64,000 nucleotides of DNA from Mobula hypostoma (lineage: Eukaryota): assembly GCF_963921235.1 (NCBI RefSeq), contig NC_086108.1, forward strand, positions 95,110,001-95,174,000, given 5' to 3'. Under the pieces are notes generated by a model. It was not told the DNA's origin and searched no databases. It worked only from the letters and a program-made list of their open reading frames with translations. Below, one piece after another: positions 25,170 to 38,532 of this stretch. The position numbers were made by a program, and so were the translations under genes. Positions within the stretch are counted from its first letter, which is position 1. The number at the start of each line of letters is the position of its first letter.

Positions 25170-25308
25170 AAGTCCTGATGAAGGGTCTTGGCCCAAAACG
25201 TTGACTGTACGTCTTCCTAGAGACGCTGCCTGGCCTGCTGCGTTCACCAGCAACTTTTACGTGTGTTGCTTGAAATTCCAGCATTTGGAGATATCCTCGT
25301 GTTTGCTT
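25170..25308 (+). mobile_element. Penelope tail beginning at hammerhead stem I
   Basis: agtcctgatgaagggtcttggcccaaaacgttgactg followed by the family tail. Confidence 0.75.
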
Positions 25309-27599
25309 GATTGAAGGTTCTATTTCTGTGCTGTATGTATCTGATTTATCTGTAAATATGGGGATGGTCATTGAGGACTGGAGATCCACAAATGTTACAT
25401 CCTTGTTTAAAAGAGGATGCAAGGAGAAGCCTCTCAAATACACATCTGTCTGACCTTTGTGGTGGGGAAATTTTTAAAAAACATTATCAGGGTGAGAATT
25501 AGTAGTTATTTGAACAAGTGTGAATTATTGAAGGACATTGTGGACGTGTTATGGTAAATCATGCTTAACAGGCCTGATATAATTTTAATTAATTCACAGA
25601 TGGGTTGATAAAAAGGATATTGATTTAGTGTACATGGACGTCATAAAGTGTTTGATACTGTGCTGTGTAACAAGCTTTATCATCGATGTTGAAGCCTGTA
25701 GAATAGGAGGAGAAAAATAATTAGCTAATGAATAGGAATTAAAGTGTCTTTGTAAATAATTATTATTCAGTCTGGTATGTACAGTGATGATTCACAGGGT
25801 TGGTAATAGAAACAGTTATTAAATGATTTGGACAAGAATGTACAGACTGTAAGTTATAAAGCTATTGTCATTAGAAAACTTACAAGTGTGGTGCACTGTG
25901 TATAGAAAAGGAAAAACATTTCAAAAACATATCAGTATGCTTGTCAGGGGAACTAGGCAGGGGTGGGACAGGGGGAGGAATACATGCACATCAGTGGAAG
26001 GGGAAGGTGAAATTGCTGATGCACAAATAGCAGTGTGGGCAGGATCCTGAAATTTATAAACAGAGATGCAATCTATTAAAATAAAGAAGTCACAGTGAAC
26101 TTATATACAACATTAGTTTGGCTGCAGCACATACTGTGTCCAATTCTGGGGCATCACATTTGAGGACAAGGTCTTAGTAAGGATGTTTGAGGAATTACAG
26201 GAATGGGGACTTCAGTTAAGTGGATAGAATGGAAAATTTGGGATTATTCTTAAAACACAGAAATCATGGAGTGTTTAAGAAGTGGAGTTACAGAAAAAAA
26301 ATTGACATTGATGTGTCAAAGACTAGAAGGCAGAGAATGAAAATGATTGCCAAAAGTACCAAAAGCAACTGGAGAAAGTCTGTTTTATTCAGTGAATGTT
26401 TAAATTCCGAGGGATTGTGGGAGTCATCCTGATGTTTAAAACTCAACTGGGTCAGTAGTTAAAGGAGATGAAATACAGGGCTGGTAGGAAGAGGGAGAGT
26501 GACTGAGAATAGCTGGATAGTTCTTTCTTTAAACTGGCGTAGACTGTGTTTTTAATCTTTGTGTTTCTATGTTTGAATTTTTTGAACTTTTTTCCCTCTG
26601 TATCTCCCTATACCACTGTGCTACATCAATATCGTTTACCCCCCTATCTCCCATCAAATTCCTTTTTCAGCCCTTTACCTCTCAGACTTTTCACCTCCCA
26701 GCTTCTTACTTCATCCCCCTGCCCCCCCAACACACACTTTCTCCCGCCCTCCCCAACTCCTAACCTGGCTTCACCTGCCAGCTTGTAAACCTTTCCCACC
26801 TTCTAACTCTTTATTCTGGCTCCTTCCCCCTTTCTAGTCTTGATGAAGGGTCTTGGCCTAGAAAGTTGGACAGTTTATTTCTCTGCACAGATGCCCCCTG
26901 ACTTGCTGAGTTTCTCTAGCATTTTGTGTGTGTGCTGCTTATTTTATGAAGAATTGTTTGAAGATGGGCTTAAGGTTTTGAGTCTTCCTTTTTTAACAGA
27001 GATGTACAGCTCTTGTCAGATTTCTTGCAAGATGGGCAGCTAATTTGGAACAATTTGTTTATGATTCAACATAATCATGGGCAGTTGTATGAGACAGCGG
27101 ATGACTTGCTTCGACTTTGGTTTGCAAATTCCTTGGAGACTGATGAGGGAGTCGCACATTATTCCTTGAAGGGATAGGAATTGATTCTTGCATCAGATGG
27201 CAACATCTGATCACAATTAAAAGCATAAAATGTTGGAAGGTTAGGTAGCATCTATTGAAGGCGAAGCAGAGTTAAATGGAAGTAATCAAAGGCCTTGATT
27301 ACAGAGGTTAAACCAATTTTCCTATCCACATATGTGACCTGACATACTGAGTGTTTCCAGCATTTGCTGCTTTTGTTAAATTTCAAGAGTCTGACATTTT
27401 TAATCTTACAGTATGCACATTTTCATGAGGTGACTTAAACTACACTCAAAAAAACAAAATACAAGTTTAACTATGCAGATTTGCCCAGACCTACAAAAGT
27501 GTTTAGACTAGCTATGTGAACAAACATGCCATCACTTGTTTGTTAGTTGCTCCATGCTATGGCTGTCTGCTTTTATAATAAATACTAAATACTTTGGGA

Positions 27600-27915
27600 T
27601 GCTTTTGGTAGCTGTGTGTGTGTGTGTGTGTGTGTTTGTGTGTGAGTGACATTTACTGTTCCATTGTGTGTGTCTTGCATTGAGTTCAGTGCTGATTGGC
27701 AGCTCCTGTTGCTAAACTCTGTCGGTCTCTGCCATTCCTTTAGATTCATCAGCTGTGTGTAGAGGCGGGGCCTGCTACATGGGCGACAATTTGCTCTCCA
27801 TATTGCACTGCCCTGGTTTCTTGTTTAAGGTGGTGCCAGTGAAGTTCAGCTACTACTTGCTGGTGGGAAATAAAAAAAAGAAAACTAAATACTTTATTAA
27901 TCTAATTTTTCGGGT
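27600..27915 (+). promoter_or_regulatory. Candidate alternative promoter/first exon of EVI5
   Basis: Unique island with (GT)n, reverse CCAAT (gattgg ~27694), X-box-like gttgctaaac, GC box gaggcggggcc (~27762), ATG at 27779 and an in-frame phase-0 donor-like CGG|gtaaac at 27913/27914. Confidence 0.3.
27614..27643. repeat. (GT)n microsatellite
   Basis: Direct reading; one interruption. Confidence 0.9.
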
Positions 27916-29439
27916 AAACAATCACTGCCAACAATAGCCTGTATTTTCCCTGTCAGAGTTAAGTTTTTGAACAGCTTGTACAACCTGGCATTTTTGTGGT
28001 GTGAGTTGAAGTCTCAAAGGTGTGGGATGGTTATAGCGAATTGTATACTGGCTGAATTGAAGTGGTGGGGTCTGGGTCAGAGAGTGGGAAATGAGCCAAT
28101 GTTTGGCCATTGTCGGAGCGGACTTAGCAATTTGGTGTGGCAAATGGAGGCGAGGCAAGGCAAAGTTAAGGCAGAGCCTGGGCGTGAGAGCGAGCAAAGA
28201 CCTGGGGTTTGATCAATTTGAGTACTGAGTCGAATTGGAAATGTTGGGTATGGGCCGATTTGAGGCGGTGGGGCTCGGGCTCATGAGTGTATCAAAGCAG
28301 CAGCTGGGTCCAAGAACAAGGAACAGCCCGAGGTTTGGACGATTTAAGTGTCAGGCCAGATTGAGAAGGTCAGGGTGTCGGGACTGGAGGTGAGGGATGG
28401 ACCGGTTCAGCTTGCTACTCTGTGAGGTTTAATCATCTCTGCACTGAACTGAGGCTGTGGCCTGCAGCTAGCACGCTTTTGTGGACTCACTTTCATCAGC
28501 TTCAGTTCTGAATGTTAGTTGCTTACTTTTATTGTTTGCGTGACTTTTTTTTCTCTGCACATTGGATGTTCGATTTTTGATGGGTTCTTTTGGGTTGCCT
28601 TGTTTTGTGGATGCCTGTAAGGAGTCAAATCTCAAGGTTGTATCAGGTATACATACTTTGATATTAAATGTACTTTCAACTGTGCGCAACATGTCGGCAG
28701 CTGGGTCACTACATCCATTGTCGACTTCAACCAATGGAGGGCCTCAAAGTGTGTGGAATGATATTGTGGATTATTCTGTCATTCTCTTGAGCAGGCCTTC
28801 AATGCCATTGTATTCTGACTGTGGCTCACATAGACATACTTCAGCAGTTGCAATTCTAGTTTGCCTTCTTGCTGACATAATACCTGACTCTTGAATTGTT
28901 AATGAGGAACTCTGCCCTGCCTGAATTCTGCTGCTATGCAATGTTTATTTTTCAAAAAGAAATGTAACTCTGCAGGAAACTTTGCAGAACTCTGAGGAGT
29001 TGGTAGACTGATGTTGGGTGTGATAAGTAGAAGTAAAATGTAATGACATAAGAAAGGAGATCCAACAAATCTTGCTGATATCCTAGCTACCTCATGGTGG
29101 GTGTGATGGCAACTGCCACATACGTCCAGCTCCTCACTGTTCACATTCATGATCTCTGATCTCCCAATGGGTAGCATGTATGTATTTATGAATTCTTATT
29201 TTGTGGTTGTTTGTAGCATGGCACTGGTGGAGGTCATATCTTTGCTGACTACTTAATATTGCTTCAAGATTGTATGTTTGCTAATTGCTAATAAAGGATC
29301 AAATACAGAATTTAGCTCTTGGAACAATCACTTCATTGGAGTTAAGGGTGCAACATGCAAGTATAACAGCCCCATGGCAGTTGCAGGCTGGTGGCATTTG
29401 TTTTGTTTTGATTTTGGATTAGTTTTTGCTGCTACAACC

Positions 29440-31315
29440 TCCGTGATGGCAGTAATAAGAAGAGTGTGTGTCCTCGATGATGAAGGTGCTTCATGAAAGA
29501 TGATTGCTGAAAGGTGGGGAGGCTTGTACTTTGCTGTAGCTGTCTGAGTCTACAACTCTTTGAAGCCTCTTAGGATCTGTGCATTGGCATCTCCATATCT
29601 GACAGTCATGCAACCAGTGAGAGTACTGTCTATGATGCATGCTTAGAAATGTCCTAAGAGTCTTTGGTGATGTACTGAATGAAGTACAGCAGCCGGCGTC
29701 GTGATTACGTTAATATGTCGTGCCCAGGATAGTCCCTTGAGATGTTGATACCCAGGAACTGGAGGCTGCTCACCATGAGGACTGGTGTGTGTTCTTCCAA
29801 CTGTAAGGAGTTTCTTCTTTTATGTTAACTATGTAGGCTAATTAAAATGGCTTCTTTGTTATGTTATAATTAAACTGGCTTCTTTGTTATGTTAAATGCT
29901 GAGAAAGTCCTCCCACTAGCAGTTTGTTTTGGATTATCTATTGATAGGAGGACGAATGAGCCAACAGGTGTCCATGTTATTCTTTCTAGTGTGTCTGTAA
30001 GTTATTGTGATGCGCGGATTTTTGGGGAGAAGGCACGAGAGAGAGACAGAGGATGGACAAGGTACTGTGAGTCGGCTAACGGGGTCAGACCCCGACCAAG
30101 AGTCCGAGGTCCAGGGAGTTTGGCAAGGAGACGGACTCGTGTGGAACGTCTGGTCAACCACCATTGTTGGTCCCAGGCGGTGGGTCGAGGTGGTCCGGGG
30201 GCATCGCAGGGTGAAGAAGGAAGGGCCCGAGCTCCAACTGTTTTGTGCACGAAGAGATTGGACTTTGATAAGTGTGGTGCCTTTTATTTTCCTGTTATAT
30301 TTTATCTCTATTAATCATATAGTTCCAGTAATATCTATAAACTGTAATTCATTTAATCGTATCTGGTATATCGTCTGTTATTTGGGCGAGGTGGGGTACA
30401 TCGCACAACATCCACACAAACTATTACCCATTTTGGTGGGGCCGAGAGCTGTTTCCCTAGACGACAGCGAGCTGAGCGACCCTGAGGCTGGCCGGGGGGG
30501 GGGGGGGGGGCTACACAACTTTTCCTTCCTGAAGTCCATAATCAATTCCTTGGTCTTGACATTAAGTGCGAAGTTGTTGCTGTGACACCAATCAACCAGC
30601 AGATCTGTCTCGATCTTAGTCTCCTCCAAATCGCCATCTGAGATTCTGCCAATAACAGTTGCGTCATCTGCAAATTTATAGATGTTGTTTAAGCTGTGGC
30701 TTGTCATGCAGTCATGTGTAATGGACCAATGGGCTAAGCAGGCACCCTTGAGGTGCGGCAGTGTTGATTGTCAGCCAGGAGGAGATGTTATCACCCGTCG
30801 GTACTGACTGTGGTAAGGAAGTAGAGGATCCAGCTGTCCACTTGAGATACAGAAGCATCAAGTTTAAAGCTTGTTTAGTAGTGAAGAGATGGTGGTGTTT
30901 AATCAATAAACAGCAGCCTCATGTATGCTTGCTTGTTGTCCAAGTACTTTCAAGATAAGTGGCTAGCCAGTGAGATTGTGTCAGCTATAGACTCTTGTGA
31001 TGGGCAAATTGCAGTTGGTCCAGCTCCTTGATCAGGCAGGAATTAATTCTAACTGTGACTAATCTCTCACCTCTTCACAGTAGGTGCGATTGTTACAGTG
31101 CAATGGCCGTTGAGGCAGCTCATTTACTTTTCTTGGTTAGCAGGATGATTGATGCCCTCTTGAAACAGGTGGAAACTTCTGACTATAGCAGTAAGAGGTT
31201 GAAGGGGCTGAGGATTGCCAGATACTTTGGGGATTCGCACCGGCGTAGTGTTATTCTCCATTTCAAAAGTATGCATAAAAGGCATCGAGCTCCATGGCAG
31301 AAACCTCCAAGAAAT
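29440..31315 (-). mobile_element. Decayed Rex1/Babar LINE hosting a solo LTR
   Basis: Remnants IYKFADDATVIGRISDGD and APQGCLLSPL. Confidence 0.75.
29802..30515. mobile_element. Solo LTR (714 bp), Gypsy/ERV-type
   Basis: TGTAAGG...GGCTACA termini and perfect 4-bp TSD caac. Homologous to 45502-46182. Confidence 0.88.
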
Positions 31316-31319
31316 GAAG

Positions 31320-31855
31320 CTTTCTACGACGTGGAGGAGCAACACCTCGTATTCCACCTGGGCAGCCTCCAAACTGGCAACATCAAATTCTCAAACTTTG
31401 GGTCACTGCTCCTCTCGTCTTTTTTTATTTCTCAATTTTCTTTTTCCTTTCCTCTTGCCACCTGCCCACACCTCAGCTTATGTCTTTCCTATTCCGCATT
31501 CTCTCCCACTCCACCAGCCATTACTGTCACACTCCTCTCATTAGTTCTCCTCCCCACCTCCTTCCCTTTTATTTCATGCTGCACATTCTGTCCTGTCATC
31601 TACAGCCCTTAGTCACCTCCCAGCTACTGCCATTATTCCGACTCTTCCCCCTCCTCCCATTGGCTTATCATATTGTCACCTGATTCCATCTATTAACTCT
31701 TGTGTGAACCTTTGTCGAGTGGCTACCTCTCCTCTTTCCAGTCCAGATGAAGGGCTAGGAGCTGAAATGTTGACTCTTTCTTTCCATTGATGCTGCCTGA
31801 CCTGTTGTGTTTCTCCAGAAACTCAACAGGTTGTTCGAGATTCCAACATTTCTTG
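31320..31855 (+). mobile_element. Old Penelope 3' fragment
   Basis: EEQHLVFHLGSLQ..IKFSNF (GIY-YIG C-terminus), pyrimidine tract and decayed hammerhead at ~31740. Confidence 0.7.
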
Positions 31856-32390
31856 TCCCCAAGTAGATTTATGTTGGTTGTATGTGTGGTGTAATAAATT
31901 AGAACACATGAGAAGACTTTAAAAAAGAACTGCAGCAAACCTTTGTAGCTAACTGACCTTCAAATGCATGGGTATCATCATGATGGTACCCAACATTCCA
32001 TGTAAATCAAGCCACTTCTTAAAATTAATTGCAGTGGCAGACGATTTTTGATTTCTATAACTTATTAAATACTTCTCAGTTCTAATTTGGAACTCAGAAA
32101 ATGCTGACTTTGTTTGATCTATCCAAATCTTTTCACTTCATGGGTAACTGAGTGTCTCTTATCATGCAGGCCATCATTACATGGCACTAAGGTACATGCA
32201 TTATGTTCTAGTCTTTTCAGTTGTATCCAAGTCCAGTGAGTCATTTAACTCTCCTCAAGCATCATTTAAAACCAATACTTTTTCCCCCAGTGTGAATGAA
32301 TTTTTTAAATTATAAAAAGGATGCTTAAAATGGTTGATTGCTAATTATATTGGTAGGTGATTAAATGTAATTATAAACTTTTCTCTTTAG

Positions 32391-32623
32391 GTGGCGACAG
32401 ACAAGGTTGCAGAGAAGTTAAGTTCTACTCTCTCATGGGTGAAGAACACAGTGTCTCACACTGTCAGTCAAATGGCTAGTCAGGTGGCAAGCCCGTCCAC
32501 TTCATCGCTTCACACTACATCTTCATCAACAACGCTCTCTACACCTGCACTTTCACCAGGATCACCAGCTACACTTAGTCCTGATGACTTGGAGCTTCTC
32601 GCAAAATTAGAGGAACAAAACAG
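32391..32623 (+). CDS. EVI5: EVI5 (TBC-domain Rab-GAP) N-terminal coding exon, 233 bp, phase 0 in / phase 2 out
   Basis: Translation VATDKVAEKLSSTLSWVKNTVSHTVSQMASQVASPSTSSLHTTSSSTTLSTPALSPGSPATLSPDDLELLAKLEEQN(R) matches the vertebrate EVI5 N-terminus as I recall it. Acceptor is ttttctctttag| and donor is CAG|gtgagt. There is an in-frame ATG (MASQV) at 32472. Confidence 0.95.
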
Positions 32624-34890
32624 GTGAGTTTTGTATTGATCCCTGAACTACTTTTCACTCAAATATTTTTATGTAAAAACTGATAAAAATGTTAGGATTT
32701 CACTGCTGTTATTTTATGGTTGTCTTCCACAGTTTTCTGTAATATATTTTTAATCAATGACATTTTACTCGCTGTCCATATGTGCCCATTTTGTTGAAAT
32801 AGCTTGATGTTTGTATTTAGTGTGATTTGTCAAATTAGTCAAGATATCCAATTAGTTATGAGCAAATGTGATTTAATTGATTTGACTTAAAAAAAATCTT
32901 GGCTCATTCATGTTTTTGGTATTTGAATCTGTCTGCAAAAAAAAATGGTAATATATAAATTGTTATCCTGCCAACAAATATTGTGGTTCCCAGTATCTGA
33001 TGTATTGAAATTTCATGGTTAATTAGGTACTACTCAAAGGAGTTTTTGAAAAAGCTTGTATTTCCCCTATAATTCACCATTAGCAGAATGTATAAATAGA
33101 TAAATTCTCCTTGTCTGAGTAACATTATACAATTAAAGGTTAACTTTTAAATGGCAATGATTTCAGAGGTAAGCCGGCACTATTTAGAATTTGTAGTGCT
33201 GAAGCAGATGTGTGACTCAACTAGTTTGTGGCAGTGTTTATATTCCATTATCACTTATCTCATCTCAGCATATCTTCAATATCATTTCAATTCCGGCATA
33301 TCTTTTCAATTCCCTTTTCTGTTGTGCTCTTCAAGTTTCCATTCAAAAATTTCAGTCAGTTCCCACAGTGAATAATTCTACATGCTAACCATTCTTTGAT
33401 TATCTTTTTTTCCCTCTATTTACAAGTTAATAGTCTTTCATTTATGATTCTTACTTTGGGTTTTCCCAGAAGTAGAATCATTTGCTTCACATTTGCAAAA
33501 TTTGACCAACCTTCCAGGAGTTTCCCAGTTCCCTTTTCTAAAGAGTAAATCTCACCAGACTTTTTTTTAAATCAAGAGCTATGATTTCCCAAAATTAATT
33601 TGACTCTTGTAAAAATATAGTGCACTTTCCCCTGTACTCTCATTAACAGAACTGTTATACTATTAGCACAGCCTGACTATGATCCTAAATCCACATTCAT
33701 TTTTGCCTGTCAGCAATAAATATTCAGTACTTTATTGTTGAGCTGGATCATACTTCACTTGACCTGTGTGTTATGCTTGACCTGTTCAGGATTGTTGTGA
33801 TTATTCCAGCCCACTGCAATGTAATTATTACTGCTTGCATGATCCTGGTCCTAGAGTGTAGCACAGAAACAGGCCTTTTGGCTTAATTCATCCATGCCAA
33901 CCAAGATGTCTGTTTAAGCTAGTTCCATTTGCTTACACTTGGCCGATAGCACTTCAAATCTTTCCTATCCATATACCTTACCAAGTGTCTTTCAAATGTT
34001 GTTATTGTGCATGCCACATCCACTTCCTCTGGCACTTCATACATATGAACCACCTGCTGGGTGAAGAAATTACATCTGAGGTCCCTTTTAAGTCTTTCCC
34101 CTCTCACATTAAACCTATGCTCTCTAGACATTTATTCTTTTTTCCCAGGGTAAAACACGTGCTGTTCAAAGTAAATATGCAGTATACAACCCTGAAGTTC
34201 GTCTTCCACAATCAAGAAACAGAAGAACTAAGGAAGCACCTGCCCCAAAGAAAAACATCAGACGTCAAACCCCTTCTCCCCCGCGTAAAAAAAAATGCAT
34301 ATGTCACCAAAAAAGAGTGAAAACACAGAATATAGAAATACAAAATCAAAAAACATACTTCAGCTCAGTTCAGTCTTCGTTATCTGCGGGCTGACCTGAT
34401 TCAAAAATTCCCCAAAAGTTGTAAGAAAAAAAAGTGAGCAGAACTGGAATACATCGTAAACTTGAGAGTCCAAATCTAGAATTTGCGTTGATTAAACCTT
34501 GCTACAGCACCATCCGCTGACAGCATTCGGTGAGAGAGAGAGATCACTCAAATGCAAGCACCTTCCTTCAGGAGCAGCGAGCGAGAGGCTGGTAGACAGT
34601 GCTGAACACTCGCTCACTCTCTGCACCTGCCTCAATGATTTCAGTCCTCCTTGGTGCTTTAATTGGTGAGATTGGCAAGAGATGGAGTCGATCATGGGCT
34701 TGTGCCCTGTCTCCTGGCTTTCTGGCCTCCATGCTGCACACTTTGGTTGCAGCTTCATGGAACACTCTTGGAAACAGCAAAGGGCCGGATTGCCCAATTA
34801 GCCCGAAATCACACTGCCAGAGTGTAGATTACAGGCTAAAACAGTAGTAGGACCATATCTGAGATTAAAAAAAAAGTTGTAAAAGAAGTG

Positions 34891-35565
34891 TGTAGTATTG
34901 TCGTGCAGTGTGTTAAAACTCTGACTAAACACCAAGTTAAACCAGAGCCAATGAAGACAGAGTCCTACCTAGTAAGGTTAACCATTTACTGTTCACTCTT
35001 CCACATTAAAATCGTATGGTGAAAACTGTTGATAAAAAAATACAAACATATACAGCGCCTGTTTCATTCTGGAGACCACGCGCACTCTCATCTTTTAGCG
35101 AGTGTCTCCAGCCGCCCCGAGTAGCGAGTGAAGGGGACTGAGTCAAACCACCATCGGGCTCGAGCCAACCCCGCGTTTGAAATTGAAAAGCTGGCACGTG
35201 GGCTGCCCCAACCGCCGCTTCCTTAACAGAAACCGCGTTAATATTTTTTACTTCAAATACATTCTTATGAACTTATGGCATTGCTTCTATAATGTTTCTT
35301 TGTGGGTAGAAACAGAGCTTTTCACGATCATGCTGCACGCACGGCACCCGCCTTCACACCTTCCCGAACTGGAGGTTACACATAAGACGCGGTGAAAGCG
35401 GGGGGTAACATCATCACATGCCGTGATATACCATAGACAGTGGATTTACCTTTGTTATACTGTAACTTAATTATCAACCTTTAACTTTAACTAGAAAATA
35501 GTTACAAACAAATCATTTAAAGCGTAGACACAACAAAGGCAAATAAATGCCTTAAGGGCAACACA
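34891..35565 (-). mobile_element. Solo LTR (675 bp)
   Basis: TGT...ACA termini and perfect 5-bp TSD aagtg. Strand inferred from an AGTAAA-like signal on the minus strand. Confidence 0.8.
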
Positions 35566-36741
35566 AAGTGAAAGGAATTGCTTCATGTTGAGGATGTCAC
35601 CTTCGGTCGTGTTTGCTGACACAATCTTTATTCTTGCCCCTCATGATTTGAAGCACCTTGTAAGGTCACTCTCAGTCTCTTATGCTCAAACAAATACCCA
35701 GCTGCTCTTTGTAACTCAGACCTTTAAGAGTGCAATCTTCTTTGCACACTTTCCAGTTTAATGACATCTTTCCAACAATAGGATAGCCAAAAATGTACAT
35801 AATATTATAGGTATGGCCTTGCCAATATCTAGTACAACTGTAACATAACGTCCCATCTTCCATACTCAACGCCCTGACTAATGAACGTCAGCATATCAAT
35901 GCCTCTTTCACCTCCCTATGATGCCAGTTGTAGAAAACTATGTACTTCTTGGTTCTTCTGGTCAATGACACTCACCAGGGTCTTACCATTCACTGAAATT
36001 CCTAGTCTGAGTTAACTTCTCAAAATGTAGCTTGTACTAATCTACATTGGTCCTGCAGATCCAATTGAACTGGAAGCCTCGCTCTTATGGGCAACCATGA
36101 GGTGGAATGGTGTGCAAGACAATACTGTTTGTTTCTGGATAACCTGTACTTGGTGGCCTCTTGACAGTTTTCAAATATTTTTAATTATCTCTCAACTGAA
36201 TTTAAAAGTCTCTTAACTGAATTTAAAAGTAGTTGAAATGAATCAAAATGTCATAATGCATACTTAATTGATATATTAGCTGAAATATTGTTATGACAAA
36301 TTTGAAACAAAAGCCAAATCATTTACCTGTCATTTATTATTGTGAGATATCATATAATATCTTACTTTGAATTAGATTGTCACTGACTTGGACTGTGCTT
36401 CACTGTTTGCTGCTTAAGGCTACAGTAAGCTCTTCCAGTGACCAAATGGGATTGCACAAAATATGATGGCTGTGGCTAGTGTAAAACTGAAGAGTCAGAT
36501 GTGAAGTATCTCCAGCTCTTCATCAAAATACAAGTGATGTCCACCCAAGGGTTCATCGCTATGTATAGAGGTGGTACAAAAGATCAGAAATGAGATGAGG
36601 TTTGGTTTGCTGTCTGTCATGAGTTCTGGAGAGAACTTGTTAATGCCAATATTTTCAAACAGCTTTGTTGTCTTGTGTTGCTAACTTGACTTTGCTCAAA
36701 TATATTGCAGGATCCTTGAGAACAGCACCATTGTAATTATA

Positions 36742-37570
36742 GAACATAGAACATAGAATAGTACAGCACAGTATAGGCCCTTCGGCCCACAATTTTGTGC
36801 CGACCCTCAAACCCTGCCTCCCATATAAGCCCCCACCTTAGATTCCTCCATATACCTGTCTAGTAGTCTCTTAATCTTCACTAGTGTATCTGCCTCCACC
36901 ACTGACTCAGGCAGTGCATTCCACGCACCAACCACTCTGAGTAAAAAACCTTCCTCTAATATCCCCCTTGAAATTCCCACCCCTTACCTTAAAGCCATGT
37001 CCTCTTGTATTGAGCAGTGGTGCCCTGGGGAAGAGGCGCTGGCTATCCACTCTATCTATTCCTCTTATTATCTTGTACACCTCTATCATGTCTCCTCTCA
37101 TCCTCCTCCTCTCCTCCAAAGAGTAAAGCCCTAGCTCCCTTAATCTCTGATCATAATGCATGCTTTCTAAACCAGGCAGCATCCTGGTAGATCTCCTCTG
37201 TACCCTTTCCAATGCTTCCACATCCTTCCTATAGTGAGGTGACCAGAACTGGACACAGTATTCCAAGTGTGGCCTAACCAGAGTTTTATAGAACTGCATC
37301 ATTACATCGCGACTCTTAAACTCTATCCCTCGACTTATGAAAGCTAACACCCCATAAGCTTTCTTAACTACCCTATCCACCTGTGAGGCAACTTTCAGGG
37401 ATCTGTGGACATGTACCCCGAGATCCCTCTGCTCCTCCACACTATCAAGTATCCTGCCATTTACTTTGTACTCTGCCTTGGAGTTTGCCCTTCCAGAGTG
37501 TACCACCTCACACTTCTCCAGGTTGAACTCCATCTGCCACTTCTCAGCCCTCTTCTGCATCCTATCAATG
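36742..37570 (-). mobile_element. Young 5'-truncated CR1 LINE
   Basis: ORF 36907-37560 is a CR1 RT C-terminus (WQMEFNLEKC, LVRPHLEYCVQFWSP) with a (ttctatg)n tail. Near-identical to 57200-57960. Confidence 0.93.
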
Positions 37571-37969
37571 TAATTATGCCACCAGTGTAGTAAGCTAAAG
37601 GCATCAATTACAGATGCATTGACATGAATTCACACCTTCAATGGAGCATGTAAATTCAGAGTTGAGTAAATGTTCATGCCAGAAATTGTAAATATACATA
37701 ACAAAAGTAATGGATTGATGTTAAAAGCTTAGTTTGTTCATCATTGTCCTTTAGAGATTGAAATCCTGTCTTCTTTCATTTGGGCCTTGTAACAACAACT
37801 CATTGGAATATCCTTGACCCTTAGTTGTCCTTTGAAATGACCACGCAGCTGTTTCAAACAGATATTGACCCAACCATCAGATTTGGACGACACAATGCCA
37901 AAAATGCTTGTTAGTGGAATCACCTGACAGTCAAGCAACGGTCTGATTTCATTCACGCTGAAAGAATCA

Positions 37970-38532
37970 TGCTGTAGCGTGGATGAAATCACTGGAGAGA
38001 CAGAGTCACTGGTAGATACAAAGCAGCTTCTTTATTCGACACAGCAAGGTACAGCAGACATCATACGGACGGAGACGCTTTCGGTAGAAAGGTCTGCTAG
38101 CTCAATGTGGGCTCGATATTTATATGCTAAACACAAAGGCAATCGCTATTTAGAAAGTTAGAGACAATGCTTCCTTTTGAAGTTAGATACGAAACATCAC
38201 ACCTTTGGACTTCATCCTTTCCTTTCGACGCCAGCATGTCTGGGTTGGTATCCACAGCCTTTAGGAATGCAAGTTAAATCCACAATACATTTATTTGGCA
38301 TTTTACGTGCTAACATAGAAGACAATTAATATTTATAAAGTATAGATAATACTGTCTTCGAAACTACAGCATTTGGTCAAACTACGGCACCAGAAGCATC
38401 TGGTCTTCACACCTTTTTAGGAAGCGCATTGTTGTGGACTCAATCCACAGTACTTTGTCAAATAGAAGTCTGGTGGCCAAAGTTATTTAAGTGTAAACGA
38501 ATCATCTGCCCAAAAAAAAACTCACTCTAACA
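37970..38532 (-). mobile_element. Solo LTR (563 bp)
   Basis: TG...CA termini, perfect 5-bp TSD aatca and AATAAA on the minus strand near 38030. Confidence 0.78.

Noticed and set aside
1..32390. Orthologue of the mammalian upstream coding exon (MVTNKMTAAF...)
   Set aside because: No matching translation found by eye.
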